Origin: Felis catus
Lineage: Eukaryota
DNA: 64,000 nucleotides
Direction of reading: 5' to 3'
Assembly (NCBI RefSeq): GCF_018350175.1
Contig: NC_058368.1
Span: forward strand, 134,294,001 to 134,358,000
Numbering within the stretch: position 1 is the first letter of the stretch; every line of letters begins with the position of its first letter. The position numbers and the translations under genes were made by a program. A model generated the notes under the pieces. It searched no databases. It worked only from the letters and a program-made list of their open reading frames with translations, and was not told the DNA's origin. Shown here piece after piece: positions 63,878-64,000 of the stretch.

Positions 63878-64000
63878 CACAGTGCTCATCCCAACAAGTC
63901 CCTTCCAATGCCTGTCACAAATTTAGTCTGTCCCCCCAACCAACACCCCTCCAGCCACCCTCAGTTTGTTCTCTGTATTGAAAAGTCTCTTATGGTTTGC
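63878..64000 (-). mobile_element. Carnivore L1 3'UTR, runs off the window
   Basis: CAGTGCTCATCCCAACAAGT...CCCTCAGTTTGTTCTCTG...GTCTCTTATGGTTTGC. Confidence 0.85.

Noticed and set aside
1..64000. CRISPR array, operon or other prokaryote-type system
   Set aside because: Sequence is mammalian; no regularly spaced repeats or gene-dense regions

Overview
AT-rich mammalian non-coding DNA (intronic or intergenic), almost certainly from a felid, because it carries about 25 Can-SINEs, several of the cat SINEC_Fc type, and carnivore/felid LINE-1 3' ends. I found no recognisable host protein-coding gene, CpG island, structural RNA gene or CRISPR array. The ORF track is mostly SINE, LINE and microsatellite artefacts. 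About 11.5-35.5 kb is a pile of nested transposons: old L1MD/L1MC/L1ME/L1MB elements invaded by carnivore L1s and SINEs, plus a decayed ERV-L integrase-dUTPase segment. The flanks mix unique sequence with L2, MIR, MaLR/ERVL LTRs and hAT MITEs. Repeat family names come from my recall of consensus sequences, not a search, and old-repeat boundaries are approximate. I do not see a convincing new biological system. The most interesting observations are mutational footprints: a locally templated ~140 bp insertion inside a MER5A, one L1 target site reused across eras, L1 breakpoints recurring at the same internal point, an L1 tail inside a SINE and a perfected hairpin in an LTR end. There are also a few unverified candidate exons.
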